DNA from: Pseudomonadota bacterium
GTDB lineage: Bacteria; Myxococcota_A; Polyangia; Fen-1088
Assembly (NCBI GenBank): GCA_031407985.1
Contig: JANOJB010000130.1
Span: forward strand, 9,045 to 73,044
Reading direction: 5' to 3'
Length of the DNA stretch: 64,000 bases
Numbering within the stretch: the first letter of the stretch is position 1; each line of letters opens with the position of its first letter. Shown here piece after piece: positions 19,481-32,800 of this stretch. Made by a program: the position numbers and the translations under genes. The notes beneath the pieces were generated by a model. That model did not search any database. It saw only the letters and a program-made list of their open reading frames with translations, and had not been told where the DNA came from.

Positions 19481-21985
19481 ATGTCCGCTGAACACGACCA
19501 CACCATCGAACGCGTAGCTTTCCTCAGACGCCGTCCCAAGGTGGTGCTTTCGGTGGTGCTTCTGGTGGCCGTGGTGGGTGGCGCGCTCGCGTCCCGCCTG
19601 GAGTTGCGAACGTCCTTTTCCGAACTGCTGCCCAGCAACGATCCCGGCGTAGTTGCCCTGGCGCGGACGCAGAAGCGCATGGGGGATATGTCGCTGCTAC
19701 TGGTGGGCATCCACTCACCAGATCCGGTTGCCAACGAACGGTACGCCGAAGCACTCACACGAAGGATTCAGGCCCTACCCGAACACGTCGCGGCTTTAGC
19801 TGCCTATCACGTCCGGGACGTGCGTGACTTCTTTGAAAGAAACAAGTGGTTGTATCTCAACGAGCCTGACCTCGAAGACATTCGCGACCGCCTGCGCAAA
19901 GAGGTAAGTCGACACAAGAACCCCTTGTTCGTGGACCTCGGCGGCGATGACGAGCCCATCGACCAGATGCAGAAGCGTCTATCGAGCAAGGAACGCCTGG
20001 ATACGCGCTTTCCCGATGGATTGTTCGCGACCAGCGACAAAAATTACATTTGGGTCGCTGCGCTTCCGCCAGGAGGGCTGTTCGTCGAACGCGCGGGCGA
20101 GAGCCTGTGGACAGCCGTCAACCGGCTGATCGCGGAGGATCCACCGAACCGATACCATCCTGAAATGCAGGTGCATCCGGGTGGACCGGTCGCAACCGCA
20201 ATCGCCAGCCGCCGCGCCATCGAGCGCGACATATTGTCGGTAACGATCACGTGTCTCTTGATCGTGGCGTTGTCCATCGGGCTCTACTTCCGCCGACTTC
20301 GCGCCGTGCCGCTGATCGGTATTCCCGCGATCATCGGGACCGTCCTAGCTTTCGCGGTTGCCCAACTGGCCTTCGGCTACCTCAATTCATCGACGGCATT
20401 CTTGGGATCGATCATCGTGGGCAACGGCATCAACTACGCCATCGTTCTGATGGCCCGCTACGAGGAGGAACGGGGCCGTGGCCGCAATCCCAACACCGCG
20501 GTCACAGCGGCGATCGTTGGCACATGGCGCGCGACGGGGGTGGCGGCGCTCGCCGCGTCGGCCGCATACGCCTCGCTCACGGTAACCAGCTTCCGTGGAT
20601 TCTCTCAGTTCGGCTTAATGGGCGCGACGGGATCACTGTTCTGTTGGATCGCCACCTACACAGCCCTGCCAGCGATGCTGCTCTCGATCGATCGGACGAA
20701 AACCGACGCGGCCGTCATGCGTCCACGGTTGCGACTGGACATTTTAGGGCGTCTGCTGACGCGTCGATTCAAACCGCTGGTGGTGGTGTTCCTGCTGGGA
20801 ACCGCTGCGGCTGGCTGGGGGGCAACCCACTTCCTGCAAGACCCCTTCGAATACGACTTCAGAAAACTGAACGCGAAACTCGACTCGTCCGAGGAAGCGA
20901 AACGCTTCAACCGCCGCATGGATGACCTCTTTGGTCGCTGGCCATCACCCACGGTCATTCTGGCGGACGAACTCTCCGACGTAGAGGCGTTGCGAGACGC
21001 CATCCGCCGACAGGATGCGGAACGGGCGCCAACCAACGCATCAGGCCAGCCGGTCATTGGGCGAATCGCCACCATATGGGACCTCCTGCCTGGTACCCCG
21101 GACGTGCAACTGCGCAAGCTGGCCCTGATCGCCAGTATACGAAAGTTGGCGCGGGATCCGTCTCTTGAAGTTCTGACCGAGAAGGAGCGCTCTCAGTTGG
21201 CAAAGATCGATCCGCCCGAATCGTTGCGCGCGCTCGGCCCACTGGACCTGCCCCCCTTGGCTCGCCGGCCTTTTACCGAGGTCGACGGAAGCGTCGGTCG
21301 CGTGGTGCTCGTGTATCCGGTCGAAAAAGGACTGTCAGTCTGGAACGGACGGAACCTGCTTGAAATAGCCGCTGTACTCCAGCGCCTGAAACTCTCTGCC
21401 GACCGGGTTCTTGAAACATCCGGATCCGCCGTCGTGTTCGGCTCTATGATTCGCTCCGTCCTGCACGACGGCCCTATTGCCACGTTGGTTTCCTTGGTGG
21501 CCGTGCTGGTGATCATAATGCTGACCATCCGGCCCGCCCGCGTGGCGCTGATGGCGATCTTGACCTTGCTGGTGGGAGTGATGTGGATGGTGGGAGCCGC
21601 GGGCTGGTCCGGCGTCCGTGTCACATTCTTAAATTTTATCGCGCTGCCTATTACGTTCGGAATCGGCGCGGAATATGCGTTAAACGTGGTCACGCGTTAC
21701 CGAGAGGATCGCGATATCCTGAAGGCGGTGCGGTCGACAGGAGCCGCGGTTGCTCTGTGTTCCTGGACAACGATCGTGGGATACGGATCGCTCCTGGCAG
21801 CCCGCAGTCAGGCGCTGCAGGGATTCGGCATGATGGCGATTCTGGGCGAAGTCGCCTGCCTGCTGGCGGCGATCATGGCTTTTCCGGCGGCACTACGCTG
21901 GTGGGCCTCCCGGGATCAAGACGAATCACAGGCGACGAGCCCCCAGACAGTCCACCCGGAATCGGACTCGACGTCTCAGCCCTAG
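19481..21985 (+). CDS. MMPL/RND-superfamily transporter (HpnN-like architecture)
   Basis: 834 aa arranged as N-terminal TM, periplasmic domain, 5-TM bundle, then a second TM, periplasmic domain and 5-TM bundle. The repeated halves are typical of MMPL proteins. Confidence 0.85.
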   Translation: MSAEHDHTIERVAFLRRRPKVVLSVVLLVAVVGGALASRLELRTSFSELLPSNDPGVVALARTQKRMGDMSLLLVGIHSPDPVANERYAEALTRRIQALPEHVAALAAYHVRDVRDFFERNKWLYLNEPDLEDIRDRLRKEVSRHKNPLFVDLGGDDEPIDQMQKRLSSKERLDTRFPDGLFATSDKNYIWVAALPPGGLFVERAGESLWTAVNRLIAEDPPNRYHPEMQVHPGGPVATAIASRRAIERDILSVTITCLLIVALSIGLYFRRLRAVPLIGIPAIIGTVLAFAVAQLAFGYLNSSTAFLGSIIVGNGINYAIVLMARYEEERGRGRNPNTAVTAAIVGTWRATGVAALAASAAYASLTVTSFRGFSQFGLMGATGSLFCWIATYTALPAMLLSIDRTKTDAAVMRPRLRLDILGRLLTRRFKPLVVVFLLGTAAAGWGATHFLQDPFEYDFRKLNAKLDSSEEAKRFNRRMDDLFGRWPSPTVILADELSDVEALRDAIRRQDAERAPTNASGQPVIGRIATIWDLLPGTPDVQLRKLALIASIRKLARDPSLEVLTEKERSQLAKIDPPESLRALGPLDLPPLARRPFTEVDGSVGRVVLVYPVEKGLSVWNGRNLLEIAAVLQRLKLSADRVLETSGSAVVFGSMIRSVLHDGPIATLVSLVAVLVIIMLTIRPARVALMAILTLLVGVMWMVGAAGWSGVRVTFLNFIALPITFGIGAEYALNVVTRYREDRDILKAVRSTGAAVALCSWTTIVGYGSLLAARSQALQGFGMMAILGEVACLLAAIMAFPAALRWWASRDQDESQATSPQTVHPESDSTSQP

Positions 21986-22208
21986 TCCGCAACACCCCAA
22001 CGGTCGAACCAATCAGAAACAGACCCATCGCGATCCAGACCAGCCCGAATGTGAAGTGACGGCGGCGGGCACGCGTTTTTGCGGGATCGTCGTCGGCGAT
22101 CTCTCGCGAGGGATGACGTCGCCCGAGAGTTATCGCCCGTACGGCCCCAGCGATAGCCAGCGCCGCGCCGACCACGTAGAAGATCATGGGAGGAATAACG
22201 ACGTTCAC
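21873..22208 (-). CDS. Small two-TM membrane protein (hypothetical)
   Basis: Starts 9 nt after the rny stop. Two hydrophobic helices (IPPMIFYVVGAALAIAGAV, FTFGLVWIAMGLFLIGSTVGV). Its 3' tail overlaps the convergent MMPL gene by 113 nt. Confidence 0.4.
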   Translation of the reverse strand: MNVVIPPMIFYVVGAALAIAGAVRAITLGRRHPSREIADDDPAKTRARRRHFTFGLVWIAMGLFLIGSTVGVLRTRAETSSPIPGGLSGGSSPVIRLDPGRPTSVVPPEKP

Positions 22209-22217
22209 TTTGACTTC

Positions 22218-23792
22218 CTAGTTGGCGATCTCGACGGCTTTCATCTCACGGATGACCGTCACGCGAATCTGGCCAGGGAACGTCATTTCGGCTGATATCT
22301 TGCTCGCGATCTCTGAAGACAAGCCGATCGCCGTCCGGTCATCGACCTTGTCCTCGGCGACGTAGATGCGCACCTCTCGTCCCCCTTGAACGGCATAGGC
22401 GTCCTCCACGCCGCGAAAACTACGGGTGATACGTTCCAGATCGTCCAGACGCGCGACATAGTTGTCTTCCATCTGCCGACGTGCTCCGGGGCGGGCACCA
22501 GACATCGCATCCGCCGCGGCGACCAGGTACGCGTACGGACTTGAGAACGGCTCGTCCGTATGATGGGCCCCGATGGCATTTGCCACGATCTCACTTTCGC
22601 CTAGGCGCCGGGCATAGTCAGCGCCGATCACGGCATGCGATCCGTCCAGTTCGTGCGTCAGCGCCTTGCCGATGTCGTGCATCAGTGCCGCGCGGCGGGC
22701 AACTTTGATGTCCAGACCCAACTCGTCCGCCATCATTCCGCACAGAAAGGCCGCTTCCACGGCGTGTTTCCACTGATTCTGCGTAAAGCTGGTCCGGTAG
22801 TTGAGGCGACCGACAAGCGATACGATGTCATCATGTGCGCGCGGGATCTCCAGCGCGGCGAATGCGCGCCGGCCTAGATCGGCCAGTTCACGGTCCAGCG
22901 CGACGGATATCTCACGGGCGGCTCGCGTCACCGTCGCGACATCGCCGGCACCGCGTACGTTCCGGCCCAACCAGGATATCGTGCGGCGAACCACCTCCCG
23001 ACCGACCCCGTCGAGACCTTCCATGCGAATGGCGTCACGACCTTCGGTGGCTGCCAGGTTGACCTTCGCGACCGATTCGATCGCCCGCAGGTTCGATTCA
23101 TCCGGACCCGATAGTCGCTCAAGACTTGTCCCCACCGGCAGTGGGATCGTCGATAGGAGGCGTTCGGTCAGGTAGTGGCCCGAGAAGCGCCCGACGGCAA
23201 TTCCCATTACGCGCTTGGCGCGACGAACTTGCTCGGGATCGGATCCCGACTGATCCATGCCCCGCAACAGTTGTACCCCGGCGACGCGGGCTTCCTCGGA
23301 TTCGGCCTCGATGATCGAAGTGCGCAGAATGACCCTCGACAGACCCGCTCGCTCCTCGATGGCCAACAGCCTCTCGCGCGCGAATGCCGCCCCTTCAGCA
23401 GACGCACGACGACCTTCTTCCTCCCGCGCTTTCTGGCCGGCCCGGGCTACGTCCATGCGCCCGCGGTGAGTTGCTACCTCCGACTCCAGTCGCTCGATGG
23501 CCTTGCGCCGAGCCTCGATGCGGGCCTGTCCCGCCGAAAGTTCGGTTTCCCGCAGTTGGGCAATCGCGTCGAACGCGGTGCCAGCCATCTCGGCCTCTTC
23601 CCGGGCGGTCAGGGCGGCACCTCGCCGAATCTCGGCGCTCTCGACAACGGCGGACGCACGAACGCTTTCCAACCACCGATTCGTCGATGCCAACAGAACT
23701 TCAGCCCGACGCCGCGCAACCAGTCGTCCAAAACCGGTTCCAGCCGCTGCGGCAAGCAGACTCAAGAGAATCAGCGTGAGGTATGAAACCAC
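22218..23792 (-). CDS. rny: Ribonuclease Y
   Basis: 524 aa with N-terminal TM, coiled coil, KH region and HD domain (ALMHDIGKALTHELDGSHAVIGADYARRLGESEIVANAIGAHH). GTG start. Confidence 0.93.
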   Translation of the reverse strand: MVSYLTLILLSLLAAAAGTGFGRLVARRRAEVLLASTNRWLESVRASAVVESAEIRRGAALTAREEAEMAGTAFDAIAQLRETELSAGQARIEARRKAIERLESEVATHRGRMDVARAGQKAREEEGRRASAEGAAFARERLLAIEERAGLSRVILRTSIIEAESEEARVAGVQLLRGMDQSGSDPEQVRRAKRVMGIAVGRFSGHYLTERLLSTIPLPVGTSLERLSGPDESNLRAIESVAKVNLAATEGRDAIRMEGLDGVGREVVRRTISWLGRNVRGAGDVATVTRAAREISVALDRELADLGRRAFAALEIPRAHDDIVSLVGRLNYRTSFTQNQWKHAVEAAFLCGMMADELGLDIKVARRAALMHDIGKALTHELDGSHAVIGADYARRLGESEIVANAIGAHHTDEPFSSPYAYLVAAADAMSGARPGARRQMEDNYVARLDDLERITRSFRGVEDAYAVQGGREVRIYVAEDKVDDRTAIGLSSEIASKISAEMTFPGQIRVTVIREMKAVEIAN

Positions 23793-23871
23793 GTGAGTCG
23801 CCTACCTGACCCTTGTACTGACCACTTTGTGGTCGCGTGTTTTGACGTCCGCCACCAAGGCTGACTCTATA

Positions 23872-26800
23872 TCAACCAATGACCAAGCCCAGGTGCTCGC
23901 GAACAGTGAAGTACTCATCGGAGATCGACCACTGTAAGAGATCCCGAATCTTATCCTTGGGCTCGGCGACCCCGACCGCGACCGGCTCGGACTGGACCAA
24001 TCGGGCAGCAACATCGATATCGTTGCACATGAGGAACCCGGCCCGCGTGGCGGTGTAGTCGACCGCAGTTGCCCAACGGGTCAGGTCCGCTTCCACCTTG
24101 CTGCCCATGAATCTCTGAACCACGACCGACAACTGCTCCATCATCTGAGGTGGCACCATCTTTCGCAGCAGATCAACGTACTGTGACACCGGCTGGACCA
24201 AATCAGGCTTCACGGTGAAGGCTGGCTGCGACAGCTTCAACGCCGCCAAGAACACGACTCTCAACTGCGCCAACGTCGGAACCACGGTCGGCCAACGTAC
24301 GAAATGATCCGGACGCATGAACGTCAGCTTCTTGGAAGTGACGTAAGCCAATTCCTTCTCTGGTCGTCCCTGTAGCAGGCTCGCTCCCACGACAAATGAC
24401 GGGATCAACTGCGCCTTTTCGCGCGCGTTCGCCAGATCCAATTCCCCAGGCGATTCGGGACGCAAAAAGAGCTCGGGCTGCGGAACCCCCATCACCTGAA
24501 CCAGATAGCTGAATACCTTGCTGAACAGAAGCTGATCGTTCTGGACGTCACGCCGGTCCTTGCGCTTGAGACCCCAATCCTTGTGTTCCTTCGCATAGGC
24601 CGCAGCAACCGCCTGGCTCACTGTGGCGAATATGTGCGAAATGAAACGGTCCTCATCAGGGTGATAAATGTTCTTCTGCCACAGTTCTTCGGTCAGCCGC
24701 GCACGGGCACGCACGAACCCCTTGGGACGATACTGATCGAAGAACTGCTGCTCCTCGGGATCGGCTTTTCGAAGAAACGCCAGTGCGGCGGTAACACACC
24801 ACGATCGATCGTAAAGCTGCATCTCCATGAAGAGCCGGCGCAGCGTCTTCATGTACAGGGCCATCTCGCCGAAGTCCTGTGTGTTCTTCACAAGAAAGCG
24901 GTACTCGTGGACGGCCTTGTCATAGGTATCCGGCCCGGACATTTGGTACAGCTCGGCCAATATCTGGTGCCGAGGCATCGCATCCTTGTCGAGGCTGACC
25001 GCCACCTCGAACGCGGCCGTGGCCGATTTGATGTCCTTGAGTCGAGACCGATAAATCTCCCCAAGCGCGTGCCACAGAGCAATCTGTGTCGGGCGCTTGT
25101 CTGGCGCCGGGTCGGCCCCCAGGCGCTTGATCATCTTGCGGTAACTTCGTTCCTGATTCCGCCAGTCTTTTTTGGCGGTCATGATCTTGTCGATACGCTC
25201 GAAGGCCTTCAAGTCATCTGGATCAGCATCCAATGCCTGGTTGTAGAACTCGACCGCATCGTCGGTGCTGTGAAGTTCGTAGTTGGCGATATTTCCCGCC
25301 GCAACCAGGAAGCGTGCTTTGACCTTGCCTTGTTCCAGATCCGCAAGCTTGCTGAGGATCTCAATCGCCTTCTTCCACTGCTTGGTCTCGCTGAACAAGT
25401 CTAGGAGGTTGTGCAGAAGTTGACGCTCGCCCGGCTTGAGATCCAGTGCCTCAAGGTGGGCGGCAATCGCCTTCTGGGGGTTGTTCAGCTTGTCCTTGTA
25501 GATTCCAGCGATCTGTTCGTTGATCGCAAACTTCTCGTCGACCTCGTGACTCGCCCCCAGAAGCGCGCGCTTCTGTTTGATCACGGCCTCCCAATCGTTC
25601 GACTCGGAATACAGATCGATCAAGGCCGCTATCGTCGGGCGATGTCCTCCGTGGATTTCCAGCGCTTTTTCGAACATGTTCACGGCCTTCGTGCGCTCTC
25701 CCAACTTCAGTTTGATCCGGCCCAACCGGAAGAAGAGGTCGACGATGTCTTCGTCTTTCTGGGAATCCCGGTGGTGAACCAGAATGGTCTGGTAGATGCG
25801 AAACGCGTCGTCCCAGTGTTCCAGCTTGTAGAGAAGCGCGGCTCGATCCAACAGGGTCGGCAGATAGGTAGCGTCCAGATCGTATGACTGTTTGTAGTAC
25901 TTGAGAGCCTTCTCGGAATCGCCGATCTGGTCCGCAGCCTTGGCCAACCGGTGGTAGAGCTGCGTCATCTCCCGGTTGGTCTTCTTGCCGGCCTTACGGG
26001 CCAGCGTTTCCATGAGGGGGACCAGCGGCGCCCATTCCTTGCGCTTGAAGTAAAGCTCGCTAAGTGGCTCGGCGGTCTCGACGTGCTCGGGATCCAACTC
26101 GATGACCCGGGCGTAAAGCTGAGTCGCCAAATTCTCGTCGTCCAGCTTCTCCTGATAGATCCTGGCCGCCTCGTTGAGGAGACGCGTCTTTTCGAGAGGG
26201 TTTTGTGTACTCGCCTCGGCGCGCACCATGAGCTGCGCGGCCTTCAACCAGTCACCCCGGCGCCTGTAGAGCGCCAACAGCGACAACATGGATGGCACGT
26301 GGGTCGGATCCTGGGCGAGTGCTTCCACCAAGAACTCTTCGGCCGTCTCCGGAGCTCGAAGTTGCTCGTCGTGGATCTTGCCCAAATGGTAGTTGAGATC
26401 GACCTTCTGCTTCGCGTCCGTCGACATTGCGACGAGACGTCGCATCACGTCCACGGCACGCTCCCACTGTTCGGTTTCCTCGTACAGGCGCGCGAGCCCG
26501 GACAACGCCCCGACGTGGTTGGGCTCGAAGTTCAGCGCGTCGTTGTACGCGTCGATGGCCCGTTCCAGATCGCGAAGCTCATTCTCAAGCACATGACCGG
26601 TCTTGGTGTGGAGGTCGATCCGTTCATTCTGATCGTTGGTGATCAGGATGTGCTTGCGGTAGGTGTCGACCAGGTTTTCCCACTTTTTGTCCTGAGCGTA
26701 GATACGTTCAAGATCGCGGTACGCCTTCTGATTGCGGTCGTCGACCAGAAGGATCTTTTCCAGAACATCGGCAGCACGGTCAGTCTTCGCAAATTGCTCC

Positions 26801-29800
26801 TCCCAGACCGCTGCCATTCGCTGATAGATTTCGACCCGATCTCCCTCCGGAGATGACACCTCCAGCTGGTGGTCCAGGTTCTCGAGATACGCCTCCATGT
26901 TTCCGGTCTTTTGGTACAGCGAGTCCAGCGCTTTCAACGCCGCCAAGTTCTGAGGATCGACCGAAAGGACCTCCTTATAGGCCTCGACGGCCCGATCATT
27001 GTCGCCCAGGCGATCTTCCCAGAGCTCACCAACCTGCAGGCGCAGCCGGACCGCCAAATCGGTGTCGTCGACCACCATCGCCTTCTTCGCTAGGACATCA
27101 ACCAGGCGATCCCATGCCTGGGTCCGTCGGTAGAGGCGTTCAAGCGCGTTGATCGCGTCCAAACAACGCTCTTCGGTATCCAGCGCGCGCTGATACGCGT
27201 ACGTCGCCTGTGCGGCATCACCGATCTGCGTCTCGTATGCTTCCGCCAGAGACAACAAAAGCTCAACCCTCCGCGGCGGTTCCTGCTCCAGATCCGCATG
27301 CTTCGCCAGAACCGCGACGAGCTCCGTCCACTTCTTCTGTTTTCGATAAAAATCCTGCAGGGCCGTCAGCGCGCCGATGTGGGCCGATTCGATCTGCAGT
27401 GCCTGCTGCGCCGAAGCGATGGCGTATTCCACGTGTCCCAGCGCAGAGTCGTACCAGCGAGCGATTTTGACCCAGAGGTCCGCCGCTTGTTTGGCATCAG
27501 TGATTCCTTGAACCACCTGCGTGTAGTCGGAGATGAGCTCATTCCATCGACCCGTCGTCGTAGCCAACCGCTCCAACTGCTTGGCGACATGATCGTTGGA
27601 ATAGTCCTCGCGGAAAGCGGCCTGCAGGGTCACGAAGGCGCTCTCGCGATCGTCCAGTTGTTGCTCGTAGGTCTCCGCAACTTGAACCAGCAGATTGATC
27701 CTGGCGGCCGGCTCCGAAACAAACTCCGTACGGGCCAGCAGTAGGTCGATCAGTTTCACCCAACTCTTGCGCTGCCGGTAAAGCTGTTCCAACTCCGCCG
27801 AGGCAGCTTGATTGGACGCATCCAACTGCAGGATGCGCTCGTACACCTCGGCCGCCGAGCCGCCGTCTCCAATCTTGTCTGCCCACAATGCCGCCGCCTG
27901 CATAAGCACGTCGACCTGCTCCATGGGACTGGCCAGGGCCTGGGCCCGCCGTTCCAGGATGTCGACGGCGTCTTCCCATCGAGCCTCCTGCATGAACAGC
28001 TTCTCCAGTGCGGCCAGAGCCCTGAAGTCATGTGCGTCGATCTCCAGAACCTCGCGCCAAGCTTCAATCGCCTCATGGGTTCGCATGAGGGTTTCACCTT
28101 CAAGCTCTCCCAGCTGTGAATAGAGATCCTGCAGTTCCGTTTGCCCGACACCACTTTCACCGAGCTGTGCGACACCGATGAGGCGCCTCAAAGACTCAGA
28201 CAGTTCCTCCCATGCACCCGCGCTGCGATAGTTGTCGACAATGGCGCGCAGGGCATCAACATCCTGCGAATCGATCTCCAGGACCTTCTGCCAGCTCTCA
28301 AGAGCGCTGCGTTCCTTGTTGAGCTTCTCTCCCCAGATCCGACCGAGACGCTTGTAGATGGGGATCTTCCGCTCGGGTTCCGGTAACGCGAATACCAGCT
28401 GTTCGAGGACCTCCGTCAGTTCCTTCCACTCGCCCGCCGCTTCGTGCAAATCGGCAAGTCCCGCCAAGGCAGTCGCGTCGTCACCGCGCAAATCCAGAAC
28501 CCGCCCCCACAGTTCGACGGACTTGGCACGATCATTGAGCGCCTCGTCCGCTAGCTTGGCCATACGCGCGTAGCAGGCCGCGATATCTTCGTCGTCCTTG
28601 GCAACATCGATCAGTTTCTCGTAGATACCGTAAAGCTCGACCCAACGCTCGCTGCGGAAGTAAAGCCGTTCCAGCGCCTCCAGTGCCTCGACCGAGCGCG
28701 GCTCGTGCTCCAGTACCGCCAGGTAGCTAACAATCGCCCCTTCCACATCATCCAGCGCATCCGCGCTGACGCGACCGAGGCGCATCTGAAGGCCGACCAC
28801 ATCGCCGGTCTGATCCGTGATTGCGATCCTCTGCCCGAGAACCGCCGCCAAGTTCTCGTGCATGCCCTGGGCTACATAGATGCGATCCAATGACTCAAGC
28901 GCGACGGCATCGCGATCGTTCTCGGAAAGCACCTGTACCAGCACCTTCTCCGAGCGTTCGAGATCGCCGAGATCGTTTTCGAAAACCGCCGCCAAACGTA
29001 GCAAGACATCACGTCGTACAGTCGGCTCGGCGATCGCAGAAGCCGCATCGAAAAGGGTGTTGACGTACTCGTCCCATTGGTGCGTGGAACGCACAAGACG
29101 CAACAATTCTTCCAACGCGAGTTGGGAGGAGGGATCTTCCTTGACCGCCTGGGCCCACCAGGCAAAGGCGGCGATCTGGTCCACCAACTTCTGTTCACAG
29201 ATCTCGGCCAAACGCCTGAGCAGCGCATGACGCTCCTCGACTGCGGTCAACCGCCCCAACTGAACTTCGTAAATTTGTGCCAGCTTTTCCCACTCTTGGT
29301 TCAGGCGGTACAGCGGCTCAAGGACGTCCGCAATCTCCCCCTGCAGCGTCCCTCCCATGAACATGCGCTCGAGAGACGCACGTGTTTCAATGTGATTGGG
29401 ATCCGCGCCCAGAACATCGCGGTATGCCTCGATGGCCTTGGGCATGTCCATCAGCGCCAACTCGTAGATCTGCGCCAACCGGAAGGTTAGATCGACTCTC
29501 TCTTCATCCGATCGGGCCGTCCGAATCTCGCTTCTGACCACGTCGGCCAGTTCCTCCCAACGTTGACTGCGGCTATACAAGCGATCCAGGGCGCCGAGTG
29601 CGGCATGATTGTCCGGCTCGGCGCCGATAACCCGCTGATAGTCCGCGATCGACTCGTCGGCTTGGTTGGTTTCCTCCTCGTGAATGCGCGCCAGACGCAA
29701 AAGCAAGTCCACGGACCTCCGAGCGTCCTCGGTCTTCTCCAGTTCAGCGGCATACAGCCGGGCCAACTTCTGCCAGCCATTCGTTTCAGCCGCCAAACGC

Positions 29801-32800
29801 TCCAGATGTGCGAGCACGTCCTGACTTCCGGCATCCACGTGCAGGGCCCGCCCATAGGCTTCGAAGGCCGCGCTCTGGTGCGACAGTCTACGCTCCTCGA
29901 TTTCGGCGATCCGCGTGAGTAGATCGACCTGTCGTACCGGATCCTCAACGTGCGTCGCCATCACTTCATAGACAGCCACGACCCGATCCCACTCGCCAGC
30001 CGACTCGTATATGGGCTCCAGCACCTGGGCCGCCAGAACGGGCTCCTGCGTTCCCGCCATCAACGCTTCCAGGGATCGCAGCGTTGGCTCGTGCCCCGGA
30101 TCCATTGCCAGAACGCCGCGGTAAGCCTCCACGGCATGAGCGAGATCATTGAGATGCTCGCGCCACAACTCGCCGCTCCGGAAACGCAGACTCACTACCT
30201 CCTCCGGGCTGGGCGCCATCTCCACCTGGCGTTCCAGGATGGCGAGCAGGTCGTACCAACGCTCAGTCCGCTGATACAGGCGATCAAGGGCCTGAGCGGC
30301 GTCGTAGTCCTCGGGATCCAGATCGAGAATCGATGCGTATGTCTCGATCGCACGTTCTGGGTTCTGGAGCTCGCGGTCATGGACCTGACCAAGCACGTAA
30401 AGCATCTGCTTCTTTTCAGCGGGGCTTGAGGCCAAGTCGGCCTTTTTCGCGTAGATGTCCTTCAGATCAGTCCACAAAGAAAGCCGGATGTACAACCGTT
30501 CGAGGTTGTCGAGTGCGACGGGATCGGCATCGTCAACGCCCAGAACCAGACGGTACACCTCGATCGCCTTCTCAAGACTCTCCAGGACCTCTTCGTAGAG
30601 CTGAGCCGACTTGTAATAGAGCTCCTTTTTCTCGGCTGCCCCGCTAACGATTTCAGCCTTGCGAAGCAAGAGGCCGACCAATTGCGCGTAGTCGCCTGAA
30701 CGCAGATAGATCTGTTCCAGTGCGTTGACGGCCGCAAGGTCCCGCGGGGACGCTTCCAAAGCCGCGACGTACGCGTCCGCGGCCTCGCGATCCTTGCGCA
30801 GGTCAACCTCCCACAGGCGCGCGATCTTGTGATGAAGAGCGTTTCTCAAGTCACCGTCCGAGATCCCTGGGACAAGGGCGACGTATCGCTGCACCAGATC
30901 GTCAAGCTTTCCAAGGGCGCGGGCCAACCGCTCCATCTGGGTTTGAATATCAGGTTGCAGCGGATCCTCCGCCAGCGCGCGCCCTAGAGCGTCGTACGCC
31001 CGTTCAGGATCATCAAGACCCAGTTCGTAAGCTTCTGATATCTGCGCCAACATCGCGATCTTCTGTTCAGGTGTCGGTGCGTGCCGAGCGATGACCTCTT
31101 GAACAGCGACCAAATTCGCATAGTCACCTCGACCGCGGAACACCGGTTCCAAGAGCTGCGCAACCTGAAGCTCGTAGTCAGGGTTCGGAAGAATGCGGTT
31201 GAGCGCGGCGATCGTCGCGGGATGCTCGGGTTCGATTTCTAGAACCCGCTGATAGGTGTCCACGGCAGCTCCTGGCTCGCCTAGTTTCTGCTCTCGCAGA
31301 AGCCCTAGGCGGCCCAACAACTCGACGGCTTGCGCTGGATCCGTGGCCAGTTGATGCTGGCGTTGCAGATTGTCCGCCAGTTCACGGAACTCTCCGTGTG
31401 CCGAGTACAAACGGTCAAGGGCTCGCAGTGCCTGCAGATTGTCCGGATTCTCGGAAAGAACCTCACTCCAGGCGGATATCGCTTCACCGGGGTTGACCAA
31501 CATCTCTTCCCAGACAGTCGCGATTCGAACACGAATAGCGACGCGCTCACCGGGGTCAGTCACCAGATCGGCTTTGCGCCGCAGCGTTTCGATCAAATCG
31601 GGCCAGCGCTCCGTCCGCGTATAGAGTCGCTCGAGCGCCACCAGAGCCGCGGCATCCTGAGGCAGAATCTCCTGCGCGCGCCTGAAATACTCGACGGCCT
31701 TCTCGGATTTCTCCAGCTTCTCGTCGTACGCAACCGCCACGACCAGTAACAGCTCTCGCTCCAGAGCCGGGTCGAGTTTCTTCTTCAGTGCCGCCTCGTA
31801 CAACTTTACCAAGGGCCCCCAGCGATCCAGTGCCCCTGCCAGGTCTTCAAGAGAGTCGCGCGCACTCTGTGATGTGGAATCCTCGGTGAACGCGCTGGCG
31901 TAGGCGTCCCAAGCACCTTCGGCGTCGCCGAGATTCTGATCCAGACCGCCAATCCGAAGAAGCAACTGGACGCGTCCCGCCTTGTCCTTCTCCCGGGCCA
32001 ACTTGATGCGTTGAACTTCGACCAGGCGAGGCAGGTCAAAGGTCTGCTCGTAGATCGGCTCCAGAACCTGAACCGCGGCGACCTGCCACTCAGGATCCTT
32101 CAGATAGGCTTGGAGCGCATCACGTGCCCCCTCGTGCGTCGGCACCAGCGCGAGCGCGTCCCGATAGCACTCCACGGCCGCTTTGGCATCCTTTAGATGC
32201 TGCTCCTCGACCTGTCCGCGGCGATACTTCAGTTCAGCAATTCCCGCCGGATCAGCCGACAACTCGACCTCGCGGTCGATTGTCGCGACCAAGTCTTTCC
32301 ATTTGCCGAGCCCCGTGAAGATGCGGTCAAGCGCGTGCAGGGCCGCAAGTTGGGTCGCGTCCTGCTGGACGATCGCCTGATAGATCTCGATCGCCTTGTC
32401 GGGCTGCTTGATCTCGTCCTCGTAAAGGCCCGCCAGCTTGAAGCGAATTTCGAGCTGATCCTCCTTGGATTTAGCCAGTTCCAGCTTCTTGTCATAAATC
32501 GCAAGCAGCTGCGGGAACCGACCCGTCGCGACAAACAGTCGCTCTAGGGCACTAACTGCCTCCTCGTGTTTGGGCGAAAGCTTCAGAATCTCTTGATTGC
32601 GATCGATGGCGATCTCTGGATTGGCCAGCTCCTTTTCATAGGCATGCGCCAATGTCACCAACACCGGCAACCGGATCGAGTCATCCCCTATCTGGGGAAG
32701 AGCGGCCTCGTAGACTTCGACCAACTTGGGCCAGCCTTTTGAGATCGCGGCCAAACGCGCCGAATCTTCGCGCGCCCAGTCACTGGCCGGATTTTCGGCG

